A stretch of 64,000 bases of DNA, taken from NCBI GenBank assembly GCA_964019335.1, contig OZ025711.1, positions 372,001-436,000 of the forward strand, given 5' to 3'. Positions within the stretch are counted from its first letter, which is position 1. The number at the start of each line of letters is the position of its first letter. Made by a program: the position numbers and the translations under genes. This document shows positions 1 to 11,152 of the stretch, one piece after another. Under the pieces are notes generated by a model. The model was not told the origin of the DNA. It did not search any database and saw only the letters and a list, made by a program, of their open reading frames with translations. This stretch comes from Diplonema japonicum. Lineage: Eukaryota > Protista > Euglenozoa: Diplonemea.

Positions 1-18
1 TCCTTGCTTTTTTTAGGG

Positions 19-50
<32 letters not shown>

Positions 51-235
51 AACTATCAACACACAATAGTGGGGTAGGGGGGGGACTTTTTCTTTCTTGT
101 TTCGCTCCGAAGGGGGAAGTACTTCAGTTTTTGGTTTCTAAAATTACTTTTTCCCAATAAAAAAAAAAAAGAAAAGAAATATGCATGTGGAATCTAAAGA
201 GAGAGAGAGAAAAAAAAAAAAAAAAAAAAAAAAAA

Positions 236-590
236 CTCTACGAGAAGGAGAAAAATAGCTATTTATTGCCAACAAATTATGAGTCATTATTTAACTCGAG
301 TTCCCGAATCTTTTGCCCGGCAAAATACGGTAAGGAGTGTTAAATAATGGCTCATTTGGCGGCAAGTAAGTCGTTTTATTTCACTCTTCGTCATTTGAGT
401 CACTCTTAACTGCTTTCACTGGAGATTTCTCTAAGATAATACGGGGTAGCTATTTCGCCGTGGCATTTTAAGGGGAAGTAAAGCAGTTTACTCCCCAAAA
501 AAAATCTTTTCAGAGACCCATTTTTTCACTCTGAAGCGTTAAATAATGAGCCCTCCTAGTGAGTGAAGAAAATGACGAAGAGTGAAATGG
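236..590. repeat. Nested inverted-repeat (foldback) element; candidate MITE remnant or structured RNA
   Basis: Perfect 19-bp inverted repeat ATTTCACTCTTCGTCATTT (378-396) / AAATGACGAAGAGTGAAAT (570-588). A 17-bp inverted repeat 279-295 / 339-355 has one mismatch. Smaller hairpins at 311-325, 472-496 and 509-535. Complex sequence flanked by poly-A runs. Confidence 0.7.
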
Positions 591-849
591 AAAAAAAAAA
601 AAAAAAAAAGAAGAAGAAAAAAAGTTAGCAGGACATACATTGGAAGGTGTTTCCTACCCTGTAATCTAAGCCAAGAATCTAACTACTTTCTTAGGGGTAT
701 ATTCTTGAGCAGGCCTGAAAATGCGACCGACTTAAAAATAATAATAAAAAAAAAAAAAAATACATACTTTTTCATTTTTTCCTTTTTTATTTCTCTCCCC
801 CCCCCCCCCCATCCCATTTCTTTTTTTAAAAAAACCACCTCCCCCCTCT

Positions 850-3317
850 TCAAGGTCGTCCTCTTTGAACCGTACCGTCAGCAAAGATACTGTTTTTTTT
901 TTTTTTTTAGACTTCCCCTTCAACACACCTCTCCTCCTCCCCATCAGGGTAGATATATTTCAATGTCCCGTCAGGAAATGCGATCTCTTTCATGCCATCC
1001 GGGAAGTGCCTTTCAACTTGCTGCAAAAAAAAAAAAAAAAAAAAAAAAAAAATTAGAGAATACAGTAAACAACGGTACCTGGCTGGACTCGAACTCAAAC
1101 ACCTGCACCCCATCAGGGTAAGTGGTGTGACGCGTTTTGGCTTGGGAATAGTAATAGACCACCTTCCCTCGGGGGTAGGTCTGTGTTTTTTTCCCCCCCC
1201 TCTTTTTTTCCCCCCTTCTTATACCTTCCTGATATCGCCGTTGTTGAACTTCAAGACCTGGTGCCCTGTAGGGAGGATCACCTTTCGTGTTCCGTTTGTG
1301 TAGATAACTTCCTTCTTTTTGCTTTTGTACATCTTCTCGAACTTACCATCCCCGTATTTCCTCTCATCAACAACTATGTCCCCTGGGACATCGTCTGCTG
1401 GCTCTGCCTCATCGTCCTCTTGCGAGTGTATGATTCTCCTTGCGAAGCGCCTTTCGTCGTTTCGCTTCTCGCGTTTCTCATCTTCTGCCGCCCTCTCTCT
1501 TTCTCTTTCTCTTTCCTTTTCCCTGTCTAGTTCTTTTTCCCTTTGTTCTCTTTCCTTCTCCAGATCTTTTTCCCTTTGTTCCCTTAGTATCCTTTGCTCT
1601 TGTTCCCTTTCCCTCTGTTCTCTCAGCTCTCTTTGCTCCCTTTGTTCTCTCAGCTCTCTCTGTTCCCTCAGCTCTCTTTGTTCTCTTAGCTCTCTTTGTT
1701 CTTGTTCTCTCTCCCTTTGTTCCAGCTCGCGTTGCTCTCTTAGTTCCCGCTCTTTCTGTTCCCTTTCTCTCTCCCTCTCTCTTTCCCTTTCCTTCTCGCG
1801 GTCCCTTTCCAGTTCCCGTTCCCGCTCCCGCTCCCGCTCCCGCTCCCTTTCCCTTTCCTCTCTTTCGCGTTCCCTTTCCTCCCTCTCCCTCTCACGCTCC
1901 CTCTCTCTTTGTTCTCTTTCTCTTTCTTGCTTGTCTAGCTCGTCGTAGTAGTCATCCTGTAGTGTTGTGGGGAGAAAACCTTTAAAAAAAAAAAAAATAG
2001 ACATACATCAGGAGTGTCCTGCTTGGAATGCTTGCTGGGTGTGCTTCCCAAGTCGTTGTACTGGTCGTAAGAGTTATAAGAGTGGTCGTCGCGGAGGGGT
2101 CTGGGGGCGGCACGCGGTGCACCCCTTTGCCGCAGTTGTTCGGTTTGTGTTTTCTTCAACACGTTGTTGAGCTGCACGTTCTTCTGCTGCATTTCCTTCA
2201 GCTGCTTCTGAAGACGTTCGGACTGCGCCTTGTATCTGTACTCCTTCTGCCTCCACTCGTCCTTTAACAAAGTCAGCTCGTCGTGCAACTGTTCCAGCTC
2301 CTCTCTGTCCTTTCTAGCCTGCGGTTGCGAAGCCGTGAGCGCCCTGCAACGTTCTTGCAGAACAAGCCTTTCCTTCTTTAGCTTTTTGAGCTCCGCGGTT
2401 AGCTTTATCTCTGTGTCCTCTTGGATCTGCTTGTCGGCAAGCTGCTTGGATTTCTCGAAGGACTCCTCTTTCTTCCGGAGGTTGTTGGCCTGCCTGCTGT
2501 ACATGTTGACCATGGCATCGAGTTCCTGCAGCTTCTCCTCCCACATCCTCCCGTATTCGTCGTCTCTTGCACGGCCCTTCTCTTTTTCACGGTCTCTTTC
2601 ACGAGCAGGTTTCCTCATCACCCGTGGGGATATCGAAACAGGTAATGTTTCAAAATCATCGGAAGCAGTCATATCCATGTCATCAGAAAAATCGTCTTCA
2701 TGCCGTGGCCTGCGTTGCACACGAGAAGGCTGCCCTCGACGGCTGATGGGAACAGACCGCGCGCGGGAACGCTGTGGGTCCTGCCTGCTACGTCTGATGG
2801 CGGTGAGGTCGTCCTCGTCATCCGTCTCAAAGGTGAGGGGCGGGTTGAGGTCGTACGACCTGTCGTTAGAATCCTGCGTGTCGTCAAACGTGTTCTGGCG
2901 GTCCTCATATATTTCATCTTGTGGAAGTTGTGGCTGCTTATGTAAAGGCGGCTCCGATACAAAATTATTCTGTTGCGGTGGAGGGGGTTTTGATGGCAAG
3001 ACAACCATCGCATCGCTGAACTTGTCTTGACGCGACTGTCTTTTAAACCCTTGGATTGCACTCTTTAGCTGCCGTGTTTTCGGTCCGTTCGGGGAAATGC
3101 CTGTCACGGGTGATGTAGGGGCGCTTCCTGTCGAGCTTGCCCCAGGGCCCAGTGCGCCGACCCCTTCTCCTTTTTTCAAAAACTGTCTCGGTCTGCTGCT
3201 GCTGTTCGTTCGCTGTGTTTTCTTCTCAGGCACACCGCCGCCTCCAAACGAAACAGTGAAGGCCTCGGCCTTTCTTCTACCCAATGGTGCATCCTCTGAT
3301 CCACCACTGATAGGCAT
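850..3317 (-). CDS. SAS4: Centriole protein SAS-4/CPAP (coiled coil + C-terminal TCP10/G-box domain), 5 exons
   Basis: GT-AG introns 1957-2006, 1181-1224, 1021-1078 and 890-928 join the ORF pieces in frame. The C-terminus has the repeated (Y/F)PDG-type beta-hairpins of the TCP10 domain ([67 protein letters not shown]). Confidence 0.85.
1495..1930 (-). repeat. Coding low-complexity repeat (ER dipeptide and EQRELR units) inside SAS-4
   Basis: (RE)n and tandem EQRELR units in the 1219-2004 frame; CT-rich repeat on the + strand. Confidence 0.85.
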
Positions 3318-4013
3318 GCTTAGCCCCCCCCTGAATGGTGTTGTTGTGAAATGCGAAATGAGAGGGGTTTTCAGAACACGGTGAAGGACGCAGTAAGAGA
3401 GAGAAAATATTTTGGAAGGTGCACGAAAAAAAAAGGGGGGAGAGAGAGAGAGAGAGGGTGAAGAAAGAAGGGGCACATCCCCAGAAACATGGTAGGCTGG
3501 CCTGTGGTGAAATCGCGATGAACAAAACAAAACAAAACAACAGAACTAAAAAAAAAAAAAAAAAAAAAAAAATGATAATCGCACTACCCCCCCCCCCCCC
3601 CCCCCCCCCCTTCTTTTTATGTTTTTTTCTCTCTTGTAATGTGCTTTCCCTCGTCCTTCTTTTTTGTTTTGTTTTTGTTTCTTTTATCCCTCCCCTCTCT
3701 TCCCTCCTTCCTTCCCTCCCCCCTCTTTTTTCCACCCCATTTTTTCGGGCTTCAAAAAGGCCCGTTTTTAACGGGTTTATTTTTTCATTTTTTCTTTTTT
3801 TTTTTATATCTGTAATATATTGCACACCCCTCCTAAAAAAAAAAAAAAGAGAAAAAAAAAAAAACGACTATTCTTCGCTGTCAGACCGCAGGTTGAAGTC
3901 GATTCTTTTTTTCATTGGAGGGGGCGCGAAGAAAAACAACAACAACAACAACAAAAAAAAAAAAAATCACCCCTCCCCTCCTTCTCCTAAAAGCAGCACA
4001 GAAGTACGACAAG

Positions 4014-4049
<36 letters not shown>

Positions 4050-4135
4050 GTAGTGAGGATCCATCCTGTTCAAAGAAAATCTTGATTACAGGGAAAGGCA
4101 ACGTGTAGAGGTATGGGGGGAGGGTGCCACATTTA

Positions 4136-4471
4136 TTATCGCTTTGTGTCACCTGTGTTTGCTGCAAACACCTGGCGGTCGATTAGAAGCTGTTGCATGT
4201 TCTCGATGTAAGGCCGTAGCTGCACCACGACTTCCGTGCGAACAACGTTATCAGACGACTCACCTTGCACGGCCTTTAGGGTGGTGTAGCATTCCTTTAC
4301 AATACTAGTGTCGCCTTCTGAGAGGACTTCGCTGATCGACTCATAATTATCAGTAAGGTAGCTTATGAAGTACTCAGCTTCCGGACTGGAATTGAAACAG
4401 TCATTTTTTCCCGCTTTCGGTGTTTCGGTTGTCGGCTGCACAGCCTCTTCTGTGCTCGCACCGCAACCCAT
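4136..4471 (-). CDS. Small 111-aa protein with predicted N-myristoylation/palmitoylation (MGCGAS)
   Basis: Clean ORF in coding-like sequence. The N-terminal G2/C3/S6 pattern is typical of dually acylated membrane proteins. Confidence 0.7.
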   Translation of the reverse strand: MGCGASTEEAVQPTTETPKAGKNDCFNSSPEAEYFISYLTDNYESISEVLSEGDTSIVKECYTTLKAVQGESSDNVVRTEVVVQLRPYIENMQQLLIDRQVFAANTGDTKR

Positions 4472-4617
4472 ATACCCCCTTTCCCCCCCTTTTTTTTTTG
4501 TCGTTATTTTTTTTTTTTACCCCCCGTCAGATTTTTCAGGAAAAAAAAGTGGGGGGGGGAAAAAAGAACGAAAATTCTCACATTCATTTCTCTTTTTTTT
4601 TTTTTTTTTTTTGTTGT

Positions 4618-5123
4618 TCAATTGCGTGGCGGCGGTGGTCGGGTTCGCAGGAAATCAAGGTCGGTTTTCGGAATTTTTCTGTGCCGCGCGCTCCGTTTCG
4701 TGCTGTGCCCTCTGTCCGTTGTCGTGATAGGGGAACGCGGCCGCCCCCCAAGTACCCGCCTTTTTTTTTTGTTCGTTTTTCTTTTTTTTCTGGGAGAGGC
4801 ATACCCGGATTTGAACCCCTCGCCACCCACGTCGGCCCGCTTTTCATCCTGCCTCCTCCTCAGCTCTCCTGATAGATATCTCAGCACAACACCCACGGCG
4901 CACCCCACAGCTATGCCTATGGTCACCTCTTTCGCCTTTTCCTTGCGCAGCCTCAAACAGAAACCCCCCGGCAGTGGTATCACCATGACCCTATTTTTTT
5001 AAAATGGTTCGAGTCCCCCCCCCCCTGCAGCCTCCCAACATACTCCGGTATCGCCCTCAACAGCGTGCCGATCCACCCCGGGCCCTCATCTCGCTTTCTT
5101 TCCGTTACTATGTAGCGAGACAT
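4618..5123 (-). CDS. Small hypothetical single-pass membrane protein, 3 exons
   Basis: ATG at 5123 (MSRYIVTERK). Intron 4991-5043 (GTATG..TAG) restores frame into VMVIPLPGG; there is a probable in-frame intron at 4760-4804. Hydrophobic segment VTIGIAVGCAVGVVLRYL. Confidence 0.6.
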
Positions 5124-5317
5124 GATGGTGCTGGCTTGATTGGCGGTATTCCCCCAACAGCCTTTCCCCCTTCCCTGTTAAGTTAATGTGGAAGGATATT
5201 TCACTCAAAGGGGGGGTTGAAGAACTTGTTTGTGGCCGCCCTCCCACCTCCACTTGGAAAAGCGGAGTAAATTAAGGATTAAGGAGGGGGAAAGAAAAGG
5301 GGGGGAAGTCCCATGTC

Positions 5318-7852
5318 TCACTCAGGCTGTGTTTCGTCCTTGATTTTGCTGAGAACGTCCAACTCCTGCACCCCTCTGTGGCAGTCAGAGTCAACACAGT
5401 CACGTTCCTTTGCCTCCAATCTCATGGAGAGGTACCGATGGGAATCTTCGTGCACAACGCAGCGTAAAATAGCAGCGTGGGAGGCTAGAGAGGCGGACTC
5501 AGAGGCCTCCTGGTTGGTGAGAGACGACACGGTGAGGGAGAGACAGTGGAGGAGGTCGAGCTGTTGGAGGATGAGGGTGCCCTTGGAGTCCTTGGACCGG
5601 AGGAGAGACTTGTATTCGCGGTTTGCAGCGGTAACCAGCCCGTGGCGGACGATGTCCTCCTGTGCCACGGCGCCTGCGAGGGCCTCCCTGTGCTTCAGGA
5701 TGATTCGTGCTTTTCGTTGTTTTTCGCACACCCCTCGCCGCTTTGTGTTTTCTTTGTATTGCGTTTCCTCCAACTGCAGTGCAACCTGAGGCAGCCCCAC
5801 AGCAGGCAAGAGCAACCCGACGCTTTCCGCGTCCTGAGAGTCCAGCCTGTCCGACCACCCTTGCTCCCGCCTCCGCAGCTTGTCATGTGGAACGGGTTTT
5901 CTCTTTGTGACGGTGGATGCTTTTTTCTTTGCCTGCCGTGCTGTTTTCTGCACAGGGCGGTGTATCACAGGGAGCAGTGTTGTGTCTTTGGGTGGGTCGT
6001 CCTGCAGCGATGGCGTCCAGTCGACCCTTCCATGGAGGCTTGCAGCCAGAGGGTGCCCCCGCCCGAGGAAGTCGATCCTTTCAGAGAACATCACCTCCCA
6101 CCGCCTGAACTTGACAGGGTTCTCCGCGGTCAGCGACGGCGACACCGATGCTGCAGCCACGATGTAGTTGTGAATGCAGGTGAGCTCTTTACACACACGT
6201 TCGTGGCCTTTGCTGAGAAGCATAGTCAGCTGCCCGGCAGGCAGCCCGACGGGCTTGGCACCCATGACAGACAACAACCCAACCCGCCCTCTGCTGTGCC
6301 CTACAATTTTCCAATCTTCACCCCACACGAAGAAGATGGTTCCTAACGAATACGTGCTTGGGTGGATTTCCATGGCGTGCGGCAGACAGCCAAAAACCTT
6401 GTTGTCGTTCAAGGAGGTGACCCCTATCCTGCCCCTGCTATGCGATGTGACCTTTGCAACCATTCCTGTCTCGGTTTGCACAATGGACTTCAAAGGAAAC
6501 CTCGCCCTCACCGCAGCCGTCGCTGACACAGATGTGAAAGGCCTCAGGAGGCCCAACGCCTTGCGGGACGTCGTGAGGGCTCCTTGACGCGACCCCATGG
6601 ACAGCTGTACAGCAGATAGATTGGTGTACGTTTCTGTGGAAGGCGATAAATCAACAGCAGCTTGAAGATCGTGGAATGATGCACGGAGCTGGTTGTTTTT
6701 CTTGCGCAGACAAGCCAGGTTGTTGTAGAGCATGCCTTGTATGGCCTGGAAGACCTTTTTAAATTGAGGGAAAGCGTCCATGCTGGCCTCCGATAGAAGT
6801 TGGATCGAGTCTGAAAGAACCATGGTTTTGATCTCTTCGTCTTTGACTTCGGTGCAGTGTTTCATGACGACCCTCCCCACGCAGTGCACGGCCTCCAGAC
6901 GGTCGAGGTCCTGGTCGTTGAAGATCTCGCGGCACAGGTCCGTGTCGAATTCAAACTCAGTTTTTATCTCGCTGGGTGTGGTTGGGGTTCGTTTCTGCAG
7001 TCTTTTTTCGACGAGGACCGACAGACGATGGGGGCGTTTTGCCGCCTGTGGTAATGTCATGCTTCCTTCACAAACGGGACCCACTGTCTCCCTCGCTTCA
7101 GGGTCGAGCTGTGCAGAGTACGCGTCAAGAGAGTGATACTCCTTAGAGTAAACCTGGCAGGACCTCATGGCAAGAAGCCCCACCATTTCAAGACTGCTCG
7201 ACACCGTCTTCCTAGACCCTCCATGACCAAGGAAGACCAAAGATCGTGAGACCGGTATGTACATCCCTGTTGAGGACGATGACGCAATGAGGTCTCTTGG
7301 ACAAGGGTCGTTGGTGTTGATGTATATCCGTGCAGTGATTTGATGTATTTTCATGAGATCTTTGACGTCCCATGTGGTGCTGTAGGCGAGCATAGGTGCG
7401 CCAAAGGTGACGAGTCTGATGTGTGCGTTGGGGGGTGTCATGGACTCGTTCACCGCGATGATGGCGAGCAGTGTTGCAACCGCACCCGCAGTACCGTGGC
7501 CTGTGAACGTGACGGTTGTTGCCATGTTTTTTATGTTCGTGAGGTCGCGTCTTATAAGTAAGATCATGGTTTTTGCTTGTTGTAGAAATATGCCGCGAAC
7601 GGGGCACGATCCGCCTTTCACTGTCGTGAGCTTCAGGGTGGTCCCTTCGCGGGGTGGTGGAGGGGGGTACCCTCCCAGCGTTACAATGTAGTGCCGCGTT
7701 GCCTTCTCGTAAGCGATGTACCCGTGCTCCACCACCTTCACTATCTTCAACGATATCCCTCTTTTTTCCCTCAGATTTTCTGTTATTCCTTCCACCTTTC
7801 CCCTTTCAAGACCTCCCGCTTCGCAGAGTTTACAACAAACAGCATCTTCCAT
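5318..7852 (-). CDS. Class-3 lipase-like (alpha/beta hydrolase) domain + TPR-like repeats + coiled coil; probable pseudo-lipase
   Basis: 844-aa ORF. Motifs VTFTGHGTAGAVATL (GHSLGG-like), LVTFGAP, NTNDPCP and HSLDAY. TPR-like YNNLACLRKK and TYTNLSAVQLSMG. A possible extra terminal exon 5201-5252 via intron 5253-5321 is uncertain. Confidence 0.7.
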   Translation of the reverse strand: MEDAVCCKLCEAGGLERGKVEGITENLREKRGISLKIVKVVEHGYIAYEKATRHYIVTLGGYPPPPPREGTTLKLTTVKGGSCPVRGIFLQQAKTMILLIRRDLTNIKNMATTVTFTGHGTAGAVATLLAIIAVNESMTPPNAHIRLVTFGAPMLAYSTTWDVKDLMKIHQITARIYINTNDPCPRDLIASSSSTGMYIPVSRSLVFLGHGGSRKTVSSSLEMVGLLAMRSCQVYSKEYHSLDAYSAQLDPEARETVGPVCEGSMTLPQAAKRPHRLSVLVEKRLQKRTPTTPSEIKTEFEFDTDLCREIFNDQDLDRLEAVHCVGRVVMKHCTEVKDEEIKTMVLSDSIQLLSEASMDAFPQFKKVFQAIQGMLYNNLACLRKKNNQLRASFHDLQAAVDLSPSTETYTNLSAVQLSMGSRQGALTTSRKALGLLRPFTSVSATAAVRARFPLKSIVQTETGMVAKVTSHSRGRIGVTSLNDNKVFGCLPHAMEIHPSTYSLGTIFFVWGEDWKIVGHSRGRVGLLSVMGAKPVGLPAGQLTMLLSKGHERVCKELTCIHNYIVAAASVSPSLTAENPVKFRRWEVMFSERIDFLGRGHPLAASLHGRVDWTPSLQDDPPKDTTLLPVIHRPVQKTARQAKKKASTVTKRKPVPHDKLRRREQGWSDRLDSQDAESVGLLLPAVGLPQVALQLEETQYKENTKRRGVCEKQRKARIILKHREALAGAVAQEDIVRHGLVTAANREYKSLLRSKDSKGTLILQQLDLLHCLSLTVSSLTNQEASESASLASHAAILRCVVHEDSHRYLSMRLEAKERDCVDSDCHRGVQELDVLSKIKDETQPE

Positions 7853-8635
7853 TATTCGAGGGGGGCCGCTACAGAGGGTATCCCATCGTGAGGAACAACA
7901 AATACGGAAAAAAAAAAAAAAAAAACTGGAAGAGTTTGGGGAGGGGGGAGAGATAGGATTTTTTTTTGATATTCTTTTCCCCTTTCATTCTCCATTTCCC
8001 CCTCCCTATTTGTTTCTGGGGGAAGAATAGGGGGGGGGGGGGGATGGGAAGAAGAAAAGGGGGGGAAATAAAAAAAGAAATTTCCCCATCAGCTACAGCT
8101 TTTAAAGGTTCTTCCTCCCCTCCTCTTTTTTTTTCTTCTTCTTTTTTTTTCTCTTTTTTTTTCCTCTCTTTTTCTTTCGGAAATCCGGGGAACAGAGGGG
8201 AAAAGCCACCAGAACAAAAAGAGGGAAACAACCGAGATGGTTTTTCGTTTTCTTTTCTCTGGAGGACAGCCGCCTTGCTGCATGGAAGAAATGAATGAAG
8301 AGAAAACGGTATGTAACCGCTACACGCACCAATGCAAAAAAAATAAAAATAAAAAAGAAGAAAAGAAGAGAAATAAAAAAAAAGCGAAGAAGTCTGCTTT
8401 TGTTCCTCTACTTTTCCTTTTCCCTTTCTTTCCAATTTTATCTAAAAGTAGGGTTCGCCGGACGATGAAACAGAGGACAAGGAATGAGGGACACACTGAG
8501 AAAGGTCACAAGAACAACGACAGGAAGTAATAAAAAAAAGGAAAAACCCTCAAAGGAAAAAAAAAAAAAAAAACGCGCAAGTTTGTCCCGTGTACAGTAC
8601 CACAGGTAAGTAAGGATGTTGGCTATGAGCCATTT

Positions 8636-11134
8636 TCACAGCACTCTGGTCGCATTCTTGCAGTCCTTGTTGGCAAGGTTCAGCTCAGCAGCACCCTTGG
8701 TAAGCTGAGCGCTGACTTGGAGCAGGTCAGTCCTGCAGGCGATCTTGTCGCCAGAGGTACCGCACTTGTCCGCTGCAGCCGCCGCGGGTGAGACAGCCCC
8801 AGTGAGAGCAGTCTGCGAAGCAACCAGTTCAGTGTGGCAGGTGCCTGTCTTGGGGCACTCCGCAACAGTCGTATTCACCGCCTTGCTCACTGCGTCCACA
8901 GCCGTCTGTGCCTTCCCCGCAGCGTCGTGGCACGAGGTGTCCGTCCCATTCGTGCACGCCTCCGAAGCCTTCAGCACGCTCTCGAAAGCGGCCGCCATGC
9001 GTGCAGCACCCACAGTGATGGCTGCATTGCAGATCTGCGAACCAACCTTCTTCCCAGCACACATTGTGGCTGCTTCCCCAGCGAACACAGCGCCCCTGGC
9101 AACCTCAGTGTCCACCATGAGGAGGTCGATCCTGCAGTGAACCTTGTCGATGCCGGTCCTGCCACAGGTGGTGGTCGCGTTGTGCATCAGGATCACAGCG
9201 GTGTCGAGGGAGGTGTCGGCCACAGCAACATGCCTGCCGCACCTGGCGGTCGGGTCACCGCACTCACCAACAGCCCTCTTCGAGTCGGTGCTCGCGGCCC
9301 TCACGGTGGTGGAGGAGGCAGCCACAGCAGACTTGCATTCTGCGCTGGTTCCATTGGTGCAAGCAGAGTTGGCAGAGCCGAGGTCCCTGCCAGCGTCACC
9401 AACACGGGTGAGCACGAGAGCAACCTCAGCCTCACACACGGCTGTCCCGACCTTCTCAGCCTTCTTCCCGTTGCACATGGTCGAAGCCTCAGCGGCGAAG
9501 GCGGCGGCCCTGGCAACCTCAGTGTCCACCATGAGGAGGTCGATCCTGCAGTGAACCTTGTCGATGCCGGTCCTGCCACAGGTGGTGGTTGCGTTGTGCA
9601 TCAGGATCACAGCAATCTCAAGAGACGAAGAGGCGGTGGCAACGTGCCTGCCGCACCTGGCGGTCGGATCACCGCACTCACCCACAGCCCTTCTGGCATC
9701 GGTGTTGGCAGAGGTGACAGCGTGGGTGGCAGTGGCAACGGCGGCCTTGCAGGCATCGTTGGTGCCGTTGGTGCAAGTGCTCGAAGCAGAAACCAAGTCA
9801 CGGGCAGCGTCGTTGATACGGGTCAGCACCAGCACCACCTCAGCCTCGCACACAGGGGTGTCCACATTCTCGAGGTCAACCTTGCCAGAGCACATGGTGG
9901 CAGACTCAAGGGCGAAGGCATCAGCTCTGACAAGTTCAGTCTCAGCCATGAGGAGGTCGATCTGACAGTGCACTCTATCGACACCGGTCCTGCCGCAGGT
10001 AGTAGTCGCGTTGCTCATCAGAATGATAGCAGTGGTAAGAGAAGAATCGGCGGTGGCAACGTGCCTGCCACACCTGGCGGTCGGGTCACCGCACTCACCG
10101 ACAGCCCTCTTCGAGTCGGTGCTCGCGGCCCTCACGGCGGTGGAAGCGGTGGTGACAGCAGAAGTGCATTCGGCAGCAGTGCCATTCCTGCACGCGGCAG
10201 AGGCAGCGATGACAGCACGACTGGCCTCACCCACGCGTGTCACGACCAAGACAACCTCAGCCTCACAGACGGGGGTGCCGATTGTAAAGTTGCTCTTGCA
10301 GTCCGTTGTGGCAAGGATGATGTCCTGCACAGCGTGGCCGAGGTCGTCGCTGACGTCCAAGAGGTCGACGATGCACTGCGCCTTGTTTCCAGTGTCGCTG
10401 CAGTCAGCAGTTGCCTGGGCCAGCTTCTGCGAAGTAGATGCAATGGCAGCAGTGGCGGCGGTGATGTCCTGGGCGCATGCGGTGCCAGCACCGCCGCAAG
10501 CGGTCACGGCTTTGCTGACGGCATTCGAAGCATCGGCAACGTTGCTCACCACACCCGAAATGTCGGCTGCGCACTGTGCGCTGGTGCCGTTGTTACAAGC
10601 AACGATGGCTTCCTGAAGGTAGTCACCAGCCTCACCCAGATCGGTAAGCGCTATAACGATGAGCTCTTCACAAGCAGGGGTTGCAACCTTTTTCGCAGTC
10701 TTGCAATCCTTGCCAGCTTGGTTGAAGCCAACGGCGGCTCTGGTAAGCTGGGTGCCGACGGAAACCAAAGCAGCGTTGCATTCAATCTCGTTCTTGGAGC
10801 AGTCAGCCTGGGCCTTGGACACGAGGGGGGCAGCGTTGTCGAGGGCAGTCTGCGCAACCGCAACATCCTTCCCGCAGGCGGCGGTAGTGGGTCCACACTC
10901 CTTCGCGGTGGCGTTGGCAGTCTTTTGAGCCCCGGACACGGCAGAGGCGACGTCGTTCACCTCCTTCGTGCAGTTCGCGCCCATGCCTTGGTTGCAGGTC
11001 TGCGCAGCCTTCAGAACGAGCGAGGCCGCATGGGCAACACGCGCGGTGCTGAGGGTCACTGAGGCTTCACAAGCAGGGCCCCCCTGGAGAGCTGCTGCTG
11101 AGGCGGCCATGCACATCATTAAAAAGAAGCGCAT
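8636..11134 (-). CDS. Secreted Cys/Ala/Thr-rich protein with 6 four-helix (C-x24-C)x4 modules (array gene A)
   Basis: 832-aa intronless ORF; signal peptide MRFFLMMCMAASAAA; 8 regularly spaced Cys per module; many N-x-S/T sequons; no TM or GPI tail. Confidence 0.9.
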   Translation of the reverse strand: MRFFLMMCMAASAAALQGGPACEASVTLSTARVAHAASLVLKAAQTCNQGMGANCTKEVNDVASAVSGAQKTANATAKECGPTTAACGKDVAVAQTALDNAAPLVSKAQADCSKNEIECNAALVSVGTQLTRAAVGFNQAGKDCKTAKKVATPACEELIVIALTDLGEAGDYLQEAIVACNNGTSAQCAADISGVVSNVADASNAVSKAVTACGGAGTACAQDITAATAAIASTSQKLAQATADCSDTGNKAQCIVDLLDVSDDLGHAVQDIILATTDCKSNFTIGTPVCEAEVVLVVTRVGEASRAVIAASAACRNGTAAECTSAVTTASTAVRAASTDSKRAVGECGDPTARCGRHVATADSSLTTAIILMSNATTTCGRTGVDRVHCQIDLLMAETELVRADAFALESATMCSGKVDLENVDTPVCEAEVVLVLTRINDAARDLVSASSTCTNGTNDACKAAVATATHAVTSANTDARRAVGECGDPTARCGRHVATASSSLEIAVILMHNATTTCGRTGIDKVHCRIDLLMVDTEVARAAAFAAEASTMCNGKKAEKVGTAVCEAEVALVLTRVGDAGRDLGSANSACTNGTSAECKSAVAASSTTVRAASTDSKRAVGECGDPTARCGRHVAVADTSLDTAVILMHNATTTCGRTGIDKVHCRIDLLMVDTEVARGAVFAGEAATMCAGKKVGSQICNAAITVGAARMAAAFESVLKASEACTNGTDTSCHDAAGKAQTAVDAVSKAVNTTVAECPKTGTCHTELVASQTALTGAVSPAAAAADKCGTSGDKIACRTDLLQVSAQLTKGAAELNLANKDCKNATRVL

Positions 11135-11152
11135 TTTGTCTTTTGTGATTGC

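Noticed and set aside
1319-1985. + strand Ser/Leu-rich ORFs
   Set aside because: Antisense shadows of the ER/EQRELR coding repeat.
3277-4108. K/F/G/P-rich ORFs in spacers (here and throughout)
   Set aside because: Translations of homopolymer tracts, which lack stop codons by composition.
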